Below, one piece after another: positions 11,898 to 24,347 of a stretch of DNA of 64,000 nt. The notes below the pieces were generated by a model. It ran no database searches, had not been told where the DNA came from, and saw only the letters and a program-made list of their open reading frames with translations. The translations under genes were made by a program, and so were the position numbers. Numbering within the stretch: the stretch's first letter is position 1; every line of letters starts with the position of its first letter. Location: assembly GCA_016618085.1 (NCBI GenBank), contig JABLTG010000022.1, forward strand, positions 62,001 through 126,000. The letters are read 5' to 3'. The stretch is from Neovahlkampfia damariscottae. Taxonomy: Eukaryota.

Positions 11898-12622
11898 TTA
11901 ATTTGCTTCACTTACAGAATCAAAGAAACCACCACGACCTCCTGATATTTGTCTAGCCATTTCTTGTCTATGAGTTTTTATAACTTGTTTTGCTACGTCT
12001 TCAACAACAACATCAACACCTGTTGTATCATTTGGAAAAGTTTCAAGATATGAACAACCAAATTCGTCACCTTTTTTTAAACCTTCAATAGCTTGAACTT
12101 CTCTTTTCTCATCATCTTCAACATATCCAACTAAAAAGTGAGGAAAAGATTGTTTCTTTTGTGACAAATAAAATTTAACGAGAATGTCGTGAACAATATC
12201 GATGTTTTGAAGTGAAGACTTTGAGTTGATTGAAAATAAATAAATATAACCATCAAGACCAAGTTCCTTTTTTTTCATTTTTAATTATTAATCAAAAATA
12301 AACCTTTGGTTCGAATTTTTTATAATCTGTTAATTCTGGAAAAACAAAATCAATTTGATATTGTTTTTCACCAAAAACTAAATAATTTGTATCTTGTGCT
12401 TTCGTTTCTGTTTTTTTTAATTAATTTTTAAAATGATTTGTAAAAAGTTACTTGTTTCACAAGATTGCCATAAACTTATAAACTCTTTTGTTTCCGTTGA
12501 AGTTAATCCAATTAACCCAATTTTAATCTTTTTACGAAGACTCTTTTTTTATTAGAAGTTATCTGTTTCCTTACAGCTAAATCAGGTCCAACACTGTTTC
12601 TAGGTTTGTTTTTGTTAGACAT
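11898..12622 (-). CDS. Degenerate Ras-like small GTPase-fold protein
   Basis: Three introns; KIKIGLIG, DGYIYLFSINSKSSL, KREVQAIEG..FGCSYLET, but G1/G3/G4/G5 motifs are altered. Confidence 0.7.
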
Positions 12623-12779
12623 TAATTTTGTGCTAATTCAATTGGCTGAATTCTGGAGAATTTTTTGATTGGATAAAAAAAAAACAAAATTTTTTTTTCT
12701 TTTTTCATTTTTTGATTGAGAAAAAATTTAATCACTTTTTTTTTCAATTAATTTGATAATTTATTTTTCAAGGTGTTAA

Positions 12780-14530
12780 TCACAAAATCCCATTTGTCAA
12801 TTTTTGATAATTGTCGTATTGGACTGTTCGAAAATTATCAATAGATTCATCAATTAAATTATTCACAAATTTTTCAAATTCATTGTCATTCAAATTTGAA
12901 TGAAATCTTTCATTGAGATTTTTCAATTTTGTTTCGTCATCAATTATCAATCTAACCAATCTTAAAATCTCTTCTTTATATTTTCTAATGGCTTTAAAAC
13001 CAATAAACATCAAAAGACGAAAATAATTGAACAAATCTAAAAAAAACAATTAAAAAAGATCAATGAACTAACCAGAGGTTTTACCACCCATTAATTCAAC
13101 ATAATCTGATGTTAATTTGAATGGTGCACTTTCAAATTGAAGTAAATTTCCACCAGGAAAATCACCCAAAAAAAATCCAAAATCAATATGATAAATATAA
13201 CCATCCCTATTGATCATAATATTTCCGTTATGTCTGTCTTTCACTTGAAATAAATAACAATACAATGAATATCCACATAAACTTTCAATGAATTTTTCAA
13301 CATGTTTATTGAAATTCTTTTGATAAATTGCTTTAAAATAATCTAATAAATTTGTAAAATTTTTGTATTTCTTTTTCAATCCATCAATTGAAATTGAATC
13401 TAATAAAGTCTCAAGTAATCCAGATTCATTTGAAATGATTATTGAATTATAATCTTTGATAAAAATAGGTAATTTTTCATCTTCAAAAATTCTTTTGAAT
13501 AAACTGAGTAATTGAAGAGAAAGTGTTTCTTGTCTCAAATCATCATTGGATTTAACAATAAATGTTCTTAAATTCCAATTTTTTAATCTTCCGAATTTGG
13601 ATTGTTTTCTTATTTTTTTTTTCAATTTTTCAAATTTGTTTCCGAAGACTTTGTTTAATTCTTTATCTGTTTCGTCTTCTTCATCATCGTCTTCATATAT
13701 ATCTTCATCTTCTTTCAATAGAAAATAATGTTCATTGACTTTAATTTGCTTTTGATTGAATAATTGATTGGATAAAAATTCTTCTTCTTTTTTAATCTTT
13801 TTTCTGAATATAACACTTGAATTGATGATCAAATCTTCATCTTCATTAAATTCCTTCATTGAATTTAAATTCTTACAATTCGTATTTTGGTGAATAAGTG
13901 TTTCAAAAAATATCAAATAAGGAACTCTTTCTCTTGTTGAAAAACAAGTTGAAATGGATGAATTAATCTTCAAAATGCTTTCAAATTCATCATTTTCATT
14001 TAAAAATGGGAAATAAATTAAATTTGAAATTTGAATTTTTTCGAGTTCAATTCTCAATTTTTGATTACGTATTTGACCAACTGGATATTCTCTTAACCTT
14101 GAACTCAAATTTGTTAAATTGTAAAGAAAATGAATTTGTTCATTGAAAACATTCAACCTCTTTTCCTTTTCACTTATTTTTTTCAACTTTTCTATGTGCT
14201 TCTGTGGCTCCATTAATTGAGTTTCAACTTTGTTTCTGAACTTGTTTAATTTAATATCATTTGGGTTTTCATTCAATTCGGAGTTTAAAATTAAAATCAT
14301 TTTAACACCAAAATTGAAAGAATATAAACTTTTTTCTATTAAAAAATCCTCAATATCTTTCGTTTTTGATTTGAAATAAATTTTCATCAACTGTTTTTTT
14401 TTTTTTAGTTTTATTTATTTGTTACTTGAGGAAGGTAGTACTCTAAATTTTCTATAAGCATTAGTTTTTGGCATTGAAAAGGATCAATAAGTATTTCTTC
14501 CAATAAAAAACAAATTTCTTTTCCTTTCAT
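12780..14530 (-). CDS. Phosphatidylinositol 4-kinase beta/Pik1
   Basis: YYLPQL, RERVPYL, IVKSNDDLRQE, QVKDRHNGN, HIDFGF, FESAPFKLT, YDNYQKLTNGIL*; two introns. Confidence 0.93.
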
Positions 14531-14866
14531 TGTTTTCAGTTCAAACGAAGTTTTTGGGGATGGTGATTGGACGACAAATCTCCTAAAATTGAAATTCAAG
14601 AGGTAGTTTTTTCTTCGTGAATTGACTACTTGGTTAATTGAAGAAAAAGGGATTGCAGAAAGGAAGGTAAAAAATGAAACAGTGCTCTCCAAGCATTGGA
14701 AGATCAAAAAAAACTTTAACATATCGAAATATATCCTTTAATGAGTGGTGGTGTTCTTTTTTCAATAGTTCTACATGATATTTATCACTTTTTTTCGAAA
14801 CTACTTCAGAATACTGATATATTTCTAAGAAGAAGAATTTTTAGCCAATCAATTTGCGTTTAAAAA

Positions 14867-15641
14867 ATGAGAATCTTGTTGTTACAAATTCGTGAGGTGA
14901 ATGATCCAACAGCAAAAGAAGAATATCTTTCTTTTGTACGTTGCTCTAAATTAAAAGAAGATAACTTTGTTGTCCATAATGTTTTTGAAAAACCAAATTT
15001 TGATGAAAATATTTTAGAAGGTCATGTCGCATTATTTATCGGAGGAAGCAGGTTTAAAAGAAATTATAATATTAAAAAATAGTGATGCTTCAGTTTTAAA
15101 GGAGGAGGAATATTCCTTTGTTCTGAACTGCAAGAAACTACTCATTCATTGCGAAAAAAATAATTTTCCAGTTTTTGGAAGCTGTTTTGGATTTCAGCTT
15201 GCTTGTGAAGCATTAGGAGGTGAAGTAATAGTCGATGAAAAAAATTGTGAAATGGGTTGTTATAATATCAGTTTATTTTCTGATTCGGCGAAAGAAGACC
15301 TTTTATTTCATGACACACCAAATGGATTCACTTCAATTATTGGTCACAAAGAGAGAGCTATAAAACTACCTGAAAATGCTATTTTACTGGCAAGTACTGA
15401 ATTATGTCCTTATCATGCGTTTACTTTGAAAGATAAACCATTTTACGCATTTCAATTTCATCCAGAGATGGATTTAAATGATATGGATTCTAGATTAAAT
15501 AGATATCCAAAAAGATATCCATATGAAATGTTTGAAGGTGAAGAAGGAATAAGAAAAAGTGGAATTGGAAAAGATTTAACTGATGCAAATGGAATTGTAG
15601 AAAAATTTGTTCAGAGAATAATCATGGAAAAACTAAAATAA
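14867..15641 (+). CDS. Class I glutamine amidotransferase-like protein
   Basis: Intron 15052-15082; GSCFGFQL nucleophile Cys, FQFHPE His-Glu. Confidence 0.88.
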
Positions 15642-15719
15642 TTCAAAAAAAAAATTTTTTATTTTTTCTTTCTGAAATATTCCATGGCTTCGGAACCAAT
15701 GAAAAGATTTTATTCAAAA

Positions 15720-16067
15720 ATGACCACTCGCACAGCAAGAATGGAAAAGCGAGTAATGATTTTATTTTATTAATTCTATAGATTAATGAGACTTTTAAAC
15801 CTGTTTCTTTGAATATTATTGATGAATCTCAAAAACATGCTGGTCATGCTGCAATGAAAGGATTAGAAGCAAAAGAAACTCATTTCAGGTATTTTTAAAA
15901 TATTAGTATTGTTATTAAATAGATTGGAAATTGTATCTGATGATTTTGATGGAAAAACTTTGATACAAAGACACAGATTAGTTCAAGATGCGTTGAAAGA
16001 TGAATTTGATTCTGGACTTCATGCTTTGTCACTTAAATTAAAAACTGAATCAGAAGTAAAAAAATAA
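15720..16067 (+). CDS. BolA family protein (absent from ORF track)
   Basis: Two introns give DESQKHAGH..ETHFRLEIVSDDFDGKTLIQRHRLV..GLHALSL. In-frame upstream ATGs at 15684 and 15699 are also possible. Confidence 0.9.
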
Positions 16068-16120
16068 AAAAGTTTGAATTTACTCCGAATTTGAATCTTT
16101 TATGATTGGTTTGTGAAAAA

Positions 16121-17564
16121 ATGAACTTGGACAAAACCATTTGGTACAAGGTTTTTGAATTTCTGGAGAATGTGAAATACTATAGAAAAATACAAAATAC
16201 ATCGAAAAAATTGTTCAGCATTTTCGAAAATCAGTTTTTTTGGGATGAAATCGATTTAACAAATATCACAGAAAATTCAACTTTTATTTTAGAAAAACTG
16301 AAGAAAGTAAACGTTTTAAGAGGAGTTGCAAATTATTGTTATCTGAATAAATTACAGATAAATGATTTCTTATCTCATTGTAATGAAAATTTGGAAGCTC
16401 TGGATGTAGTTTCAACTACTTCAAATGTAAAACTAAATTCAACTTTGAGGTTTAAAAATTTAAATACATTATCAATAAATCATGATAATTTGTTTAAAAT
16501 TGATTTTGAATCATTGAACATAACTCAAATACACATTTTTAATAAGTCAAATAAATCAGTTGATCAATTGGACATATTACAAGACTCTTTGACATTAAAA
16601 TTTGTGAATTTATATTATTATAAGGATATTGAAATCAAATTAATAGAAATTTTATCAAAAATTTCAACTTTTTCAATGTTGAATTTATATTTTTGTAATT
16701 TCAATTTCGAAGAACATTCTGTTGAAAATGTCAGTACATTTAGTTATTCGGAATTGAATAAAAAAATGATAAATGAACTAAAATATATTAAAAATGGTTT
16801 AAATTTGGAAAATTTGAAAATTCCAAGTTGGCATCATGATCCAGATGGAATTTGTTTTCAAATCAAAAAAGTACCAAATTTGAAATCAATTGATTTATCA
16901 AATTCAAATGTAACAGATGAAGGTTTAGCAAATATACTGAAAATAAAACAACTTAAAAACTTGAATTTGGAGAATTGTCAACATGTATCTTCATCATCCA
17001 TCCTAAAACTTCTTGAAAAATTGAAAATTGAACAAATAAATTTAAAGAAATGTAAACAAATTTCAGAAGGTGAAATACAATTTTTTGAGTGTTTCAATAT
17101 TGATATTCAACATGCATTCATCTATGACCAAAAAAATGAAGAAATTTTCAAACAATCAATTCAAGAAATCTGGTTCAAAGATTGGAACAAATATCTCAAA
17201 AAAATCAAATCACATGAAATTACAGGTAATCACAGTTTCTTTAATTTTTCAAGAAATTCATCATTTTATCGCTGGAAATCATAAATTCAAATATCAATTT
17301 GGAAATTCTACATATCATTTGTCAGTTCCAACAAAGGACGCAAATAAGTTGATGAAAATGTTGAAAAAGTCATCAGTTAGGGTTATTAAAGAAATGGAAT
17401 TTGAAAAGGAGATTGAGGATGATGTGGAAAAGATTGAAAAATTTGTCTCATTTCAATTGTCAAACAACACTCTTGAATTTTTTTCATCAGAAGATTTCAT
17501 TCCAATGAACAAAGACACAACAAAATTATTAAAAATGAAGCCAGGAAAATCTATTTTAAAGTGA
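16121..17564 (+). CDS. F-box/leucine-rich-repeat-like protein
   Basis: N-terminal LDKTIWYKVFEFL (F-box-like); LRRs LKSIDLSNSNVTDEGL, LKNLNLENC; intron 17226-17253. Confidence 0.7.
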
Positions 17565-17587
17565 TTCGAATTTTATTGATTTAAAAG

Positions 17588-17942
17588 ACGTGGAAATAAC
17601 CAAGAATATGGCATTTCCACGCAAGCTACTTTGTAGCTTTGAACAAAGAGGACAATCAGAATTGCTTCATCATGTAATAAGTAATGTTGAGAAAAAGGTG
17701 AAAGTAGGATGCATTTACAATCTCTCTGGTAAAAAAACAAACAAAAAAAAATGTGGCAATCAAATTGAACCTTCAAAATTGAACCTGCTGTTTTCAGCAC
17801 AAAAAATTAAAATGCGCAATTTTTTTCCCAACCAGTTTAAATTTACGTTAATTGGTTGATCCAATCCCTGTGAACATGCAGAAACTAAACGTGTTCGATT
17901 GCCAAAAGAAAATTAATAAATTTTTGTCCTCCTTCAAGGGAA
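17588..17942. ncRNA. Candidate structured ncRNA, identity unknown
   Basis: Multiple local and nested long-range inverted repeats in an unusually long intergenic gap (see findings). Confidence 0.35.
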
Positions 17943-18054
17943 ATTAAAAAAACTTTGAATCACTGAAAAGATTGTCAAATTTGGGAGATTATTAAAATTG
18001 AAAAAATCTAAAATTTTATCCAATAAGATTATTCATTCTTTTCTTCACAATTTG

Positions 18055-20078
18055 ATGTCTTTACAATTTGAATTTAAAACTCTTAAAAGACTTGGTTTTG
18101 GTGGTCAAGGATTTGTTTCACTTGTTGAAGACCAAAAATCACAGAAATATTACGCACTTAAAAAAATGTTTTGTGACAAAAAATTAGATACTTTAAATTT
18201 CGCTCTTCAAGAAGCTCAAGCTGTTTTACAATTAAACCATGAATATATAGTAACATGTCATTCTTTTTTTGTCGAAAGAACAGAATCATTGGAAGATATT
18301 GTTTGTATTGTTTATGAATATTGTGATTCAGGTTCATTAGAAGATGTGTTGAAGAAAGCAAGAAATAAAAAAGAAATAATACCAAAAGCAGATATATTTA
18401 AATGGATACAACAAATTGCCATTGGTATTTTATATTCACATTCCAAACATGTAATACACAGGTATGTTGAAAAAAAGTTAAATTTTTAATTAGAGATATG
18501 AAACCAGCAAATATATTCTTATCACAAGGAAATGTTAGAATTGGTGATTTTGGATTTGCCAAAACAATGATTGATCCAAAAACAGAAACACAAACTGTTT
18601 TAGGAACACAAACTTATTCAGCACCTGAAATTCGAAAGGAGAATTCATATACAAATAAAATCGATATTTGGGGTATTGGAACTATACTTTTAGATTTAGT
18701 ACTTGATAAAACAGTAGATTTTGCATATCAATATGCTATTGAACCAAAAGAAATGTTAAATGAAATTGAAAAGAAATATGACAAAGAAATGAGAAATTTA
18801 GTTGAGTTTATTGTTCATTTGAAACCTGAAGATCGTCCAACAGCCGTTCAAATTGTGAATTTTATGAACGTCTTATTAGGAAAAGATGATGAAGAAATCA
18901 TTGAAGAAGAAGAAAATTTTTCGAAAGGAGAAAGAGAACTCAGAGATGAAATTATACAATTAAAACTAAAAATTGATCAATTACAAAGAGAACTTGATGA
19001 TAAAGATGAAGAGTTATATTTACATGAATTATTGAAATTAGAAGAACAAGAATTATCAGGTTCAATTTATGATCCATCTGTGAAACCAAAATCTCAAAAA
19101 GGAACAAGTTTCTTTGGAAAACTTGGTTTTGGATCAACTAAATCAGAGACAACTGATGAAGTTAGTTCAAAGTTGATTCAAATTGATACAACAAAAGAAC
19201 CAATCAAAGGACCTGTTTTTACAAGATATTATGGTGTTTGGAAATCAAAAGATTATGGTGAAATTAATGTTTCTTTGAAACAACATAATAAGAGTGAAAA
19301 ATGTACTCTGGAACAATTCAAAAAGAATACTTATTATGATAGAATTTATCAAATTGGATTATCAAAAGTTTTAGAAAGAGTTTATGGAGTTGCTAAATTG
19401 AATAATCAATATCATCTTGTTTGTGAATCATTTCCAAATGGACCATTACCAAACAAATTATTAAATTTAATGACAACTATGGATCTAAGACAAAAATTAC
19501 ATATTATTTTTAATGCAGCACAAGCATTAACAGTTTTACACTACGCACAACCACCTTTAGTTTTTACAGTTTTAAGAGCTCAGAATATCAGTTTTGATGA
19601 AGATGAAACACCAAAATTGAAGAACACTCATCATATCAAAGTGGCTGGATCAACAGTTTTCAATCCAACTCTTCCTTTTATTTGCATTCCACCTGAAAAA
19701 CGAATGTTAATAGAAAAAGGTGAAAAACCAAAATATGATACAACAGATGAAATTTATGCATTTGGAATGTTAATGTGGCAAGTTCTTTATAGAAGACCTC
19801 ATGAATTTGAAAAAACTTTTCCTGAAGAATCTACGTATCGTCCTGCTCTTTCATCAACCAAAGATTCATTTGAGTTAGAGTACACTGAAATTCTTAAAGA
19901 CTGTTGGGCTGAGAATCCTGAAGATAGACCACATGCAAAAAAATTATTGTACAGAATTGGAAAACTCAGAGAAAGAGTTGATCCAGATTGTAAAATGAGT
20001 AATTTATCAGGAAGTAGTCTTTCATCTTCAAGTCTTCATACCATGAATAATAATACATCATGGAATAAAAAGAAATAA
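18055..20078 (+). CDS. NEK-like Ser/Thr kinase plus C-terminal TKL-like pseudokinase
   Basis: GFGGQG, ALKK, IHRDMKPAN (intron 18462-18493), DFG, SAPE; second kinase fold lacks HRD and DFG. Confidence 0.88.
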
Positions 20079-20092
20079 AAATATTTTATTTT

Positions 20093-21771
20093 TTAAAATG
20101 AAATCCAATTGAAATTTGGACCAAGAAAATCATCTACGTTTGTTGAATTATCAAATTTTTCTGAACCAACAATTTTTTGTTTTCCAATTAATTTTGAAGC
20201 ATTTGAATCATTAAGGACAGAAGATGATTTTGAGTTTAAAACAAAATTATCCATTGGAGGTTGTTGTGGTGTTTGAATTTGTTGATGGTGTTTTCCATTT
20301 TGTTTTTTAATACCATTTTGTTGTGGACCTAATTCAGGTGTTGATGAATTTGATGAAAATACTTCTGGTGTTGAATTTTGATGAGTAATAGTAGGACTTG
20401 ATTTCCAAGGATCTGGTGAAGCAAAGATTTTCTTTTTAGTTTCTTCTTTTTCAATTTCTTTTTGTTTTTTTAATCTTTCTTCTTCTTGTTGTTCATAAAA
20501 TTCTTTTTGTCTTTCAATTTCTTGTTGTTGTTTTTCTTCCAATTCTTTTAAACGTTTTTCTTCTTTTTCTTCTTCTGCATGAATTGCTTCTTCCATTTCT
20601 CTTTGTTTTTGTAATTTCTTCTCTAATTCAATATCTTTTTGACGTTCAAGTTCTCTTCTTCTATCATATTCTTCATCTTTTTCTTTATCAATTCTTTGTT
20701 TTTCAAGCATCTCTTTTTCTCTTTTTTTCTTTTCATTTTTTTCTTTTTTCTTTTGTTTTTTTGATTTTTTTTTATTATTTTTATTCTTTTCTGATTCTTC
20801 ACGTTCTTCTTCTTCAATTAATCTTTGTTGTAATTCTAACGCTTTTTTTTCTTTATAAGCCATGATAATTGATTTTAAAAATAATTTTGCAATATTCAAT
20901 CTAAACATTTTTCTACTTTGTCTCCATCTTTGTTCTTCACTTTGTTCATCTTCATCATCATCTTCATCTTCATCTTCTTCTTGACTATCATATTCTTCTT
21001 CATCTTCATCTTCATATTCTTCTTCATCTTCTTCTTCTTCATCATCATCATCATCTTCTTCATTTCCATTTTTAATTCTTCTTGGTTGTCCAGAATTACT
21101 AACATGATGTCCAGGTCCAGTTGGAAATAATGAACTTTGTGGTTGGTCAACTTGTTCAATTTTTGCAAGTAATTCAAATATAGTTTCACTGTTTTCATTT
21201 AAATAATCATCTTTTAAAGTGATAAAACCTAAATAAAAAAATTAATTTTTTCATTTTTTTTTTGTTTACCTGTATCATCAATGATTAAATTTTTTGAAAA
21301 GTTATATGAAACAAATTCTTCTTTTGTCATTTCTGATTCTGAATATTCAGGTTGTCTTGTTGTTAAACTATAGTTTGGTTTGAATTTTAAAATCATTCTT
21401 CTGTTATAACTTTGTTGAAGAAAGATCTTTCTTCGAAGTTTTTCAAGTTGAATTCTTTTTTGAGTAGTTTGTTCTGTTTTCAAACTACCTTTATATTCAA
21501 GTTCTTTACAGTATTCTACTAGTCTTCTTTCAATTTCTTTGCCAAAAACAGCTCTTCGTCTACCACAAACTGTACAGCTACAAACATGACCATTATTCTC
21601 TTTTATTTCTTTTAAAAGTACTAATTTATCAACTTTTATAACTTTTCTTTTGTTTGGTGATGGTAGGCGTTTCCAAAAATCGATAATTTGTTTTTGTTCA
21701 TATTTAAGCTTCTCTTCTTGTGAGTTATAATGTGCAACATCTTGATGAGAAGATTTTTTCTTTTCTTTCAT
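20093..21771 (-). CDS. NST1-like stress response protein
   Basis: IIDFWKRL..IKVDK..CSCTVCGRRR, acidic tract, RKMFRLNIAKLF..AYKEKKA..QQRLIEEEE; one intron. Confidence 0.8.
20945..21062 (-). repeat. GAA/GAT trinucleotide low-complexity tract (poly-Asp/Glu, coding)
   Basis: Runs of tca/tct on the + strand inside the NST1-like exon. Confidence 0.85.
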
Positions 21772-22037
21772 CTTTATTTTTCTTAGTTGTTGGAATAGTT
21801 ATGCAGAGTGACGTCGCAAAAGTTGATTTCAGTTGACCAATGAAATCAAATCGATTTTATTGGAAATGAGTTTTATTGTTTTTTTGAAGAAATATTTTCA
21901 ACACTTTGGTTTTTGATGAATAAAACAGTTTCTGTTGTCTAACAAAATATTGACCAATTGCGGAGAATTTCCAAACTTCCAATTTGTGGTATGATTAATT
22001 CTCCGGTCGAAACCATATGTAATTGTTCAATTAATTT

Positions 22038-23663
22038 TTATTTTTTTTCTGATTTTTGAATTAAATTTTCAGTTTGTCTCTCATGAGGATACATTTTATC
22101 ATGAGAAGTAAAATAATAAAACAATGGATACTCTAAAAAATTCAAACAATCGGATGTATACAAATCAGCATAACTCATAACTTGATTTGAGTAGTATGTT
22201 TCTTTTGATCCACTTCTAAAGACCGAACCAAAATATGGATTAAAAAATGAATCAAAATCATATTGACATTGATAGATTTTCTCTCTTAATAAATTTAAAT
22301 CCACAGGTTCTTGTTGCGTTGTGGAATCCATTCCAGAGAATGTTCTTGCGCGAATGTATTCTAAATTCATTAAATGTTGATATTGTTTTTCTGATGTTTT
22401 CCATGTTTCAATTTCATTTCCTAATTCTCTCAATAATAAACAAGTACGCCAGAAACAACGGTTTTCTTTAGATGACATTACATCATGAGTAATTGAGTCT
22501 CCAACATAAAGAACTTCAGATCCTGATGTTTTTGTAAATTTCTTAAATAGGTCTAAATTTCCACCATTGTAAATTTTTCCTCTTTGGAATCCTGTTGATC
22601 CACCAGAAATATTGGATAATTTCAAATTGCCAGTGGTTTCATCAACCTCTCTTAAAGTTGTTCCTTCACAAAAAAAACTTGGTTTATGTGCATTGACAAT
22701 GACAATGTCGAAGAAATCCTTCCATAAACTTCCAAGTAAATAAGTCATGACTGCATTGGTAAAATAGAATTCTGAATTTGTCATTAAAAAAGTTTTTTTT
22801 TCTTGAATTCTTAGTCTCTCTAGAAGTGTCGCAATCTTAATATCCTTTTTGATATACTTTTCTGGTGAAGTCATGATTTCCAATTTAATACCTCCACCTC
22901 TATGTAATTCATTAATAACTTCATTTACATCTTCAAAAATACCCCAATATGTCATTGAGTTATAAGGTAAATCACTAAAATATTCAATAATATCAGAATA
23001 TAAACAAATTTCTGGCAAAGCAAACATTGTGTCAATTGGATAATACCGTTTTCCAATTTCTGAAATAGATATGAATCTTTCTTCATATAATTTTTCAATG
23101 TCATCAATCACTTTTCTTCCGTGTATACATTTTAAAACATATCCAAAAGAATCAATTTTTAAAAAATTTCCTTCTTTCTTGTCAACAAAAAGACCTCTTG
23201 AAATTTAATTTTTTTTTCTTGAACCTGATCGCAAAAGAAGGATCATATTTTAATCCTCTTAATGTTTCTGGATAACCTTTTTTTGTTATTAATAAATTAA
23301 TTGCTTTTGCATAAACCATAGATTCCATTACAGGTGAATTATAAACTACAAATGTCAAAATTTGTTAATGGATCATTTACCTGCTAATGTATAATCCATA
23401 TCAACTAAAAAGTTAAACAAAATGATGAATTACATCCAACATGAGATATTAGTTTCAGAGATACATTTCTATTACAAAATACACGATGTTTCAAAGCTGA
23501 AAAAATCAACAAGAAAAAAAAATTTACATCTTTCAAATTTTGAAGGCAATTTTTCAAAAGGAACATCTTGATACATTGATGGTTCTTTTTTATTCATTTT
23601 CAAAACTTCAACATGAAAACTACTTTTGACAAGTCGACTCCTTTTTAACAGTTTGTTTAACAT
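22038..23663 (-). CDS. HAD-family 5'-nucleotidase (cN-II/NT5C2/NT5DC-like)
   Basis: Four introns; RVFCNR, GFDMDYTLAVY, FLMTNS, KPSFF, YVGD, FGSVFRSG. Confidence 0.92.
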
Positions 23664-23733
23664 GTCCTTATTTTATTGGTTTAAAAAAAAAAAAAGAAAT
23701 TTAAATCTGTAGAAAAAGTGTCCAAGATGAGAT

Positions 23734-24198
23734 TTATTCAAAACTTGCTTCTTGTTGTTTTTTGAAGTTTTCAAAATATTCAATGTATTTTTGGTTCAAT
23801 TTTTTGTTTTCAATTGATTCTTGAATTTTATGCATAATTTGATCTGACCTTAAGTTTGTTATTTCAATTTTTTCTTGTGAAGCATCCTCTGAATAAAAAT
23901 TTAATTTTTTTTTCTGTTACCATATTCTAATGTTACGAACGGTGAGATATTTGTATTTTTTCTTTTGATAGCATCAAATTGGATTGAGTCATTGTGGAAC
24001 TTTAATGAAGGAAAATATTCATAAACAAAATATCTTGAACCTTTTGAGTTATTTTTTTTTTAATTTTTAGTTTTTATTTTTACCTGAGTTTCCGACTCCG
24101 TATTGGTTATAAACTAATGATAATTTTGTCAATTTTTGGAATTTTATTATATTTCTTTCAACAAATTTCAATTTATTCCAAGCTTTATTCTTTGGCAT
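23734..24198 (-). CDS. Mitochondrial ribosomal protein, L51/S25/CI-B8 domain (absent from ORF track)
   Basis: Two introns give KLSLVYNQYGVGNSGSRYFVYEYFPSLKFHN..PFVTLEYED..KIEITNLRSDQI. Confidence 0.7.
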
Positions 24199-24347
24199 GT
24201 TTTGTTGCTTTTGTGGAATTAAAAATGTCGATGATTGGAGGAAAAAAAAAGTAAAAAAAATGTGAAAAAAAATAAGTTTTTTGAAAAAATAAAGAAGGTT
24301 CTCGATTTCTAAAAAATCGTTTTCGGTTGAGCAATTTCATTGGTTCA

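Noticed and set aside
20584..21198. F/I-rich and M/K-rich ORFs overlapping the NST1-like gene
   Set aside because: Alternative-frame and antisense shadows of the GAA/GAT low-complexity coding tract.
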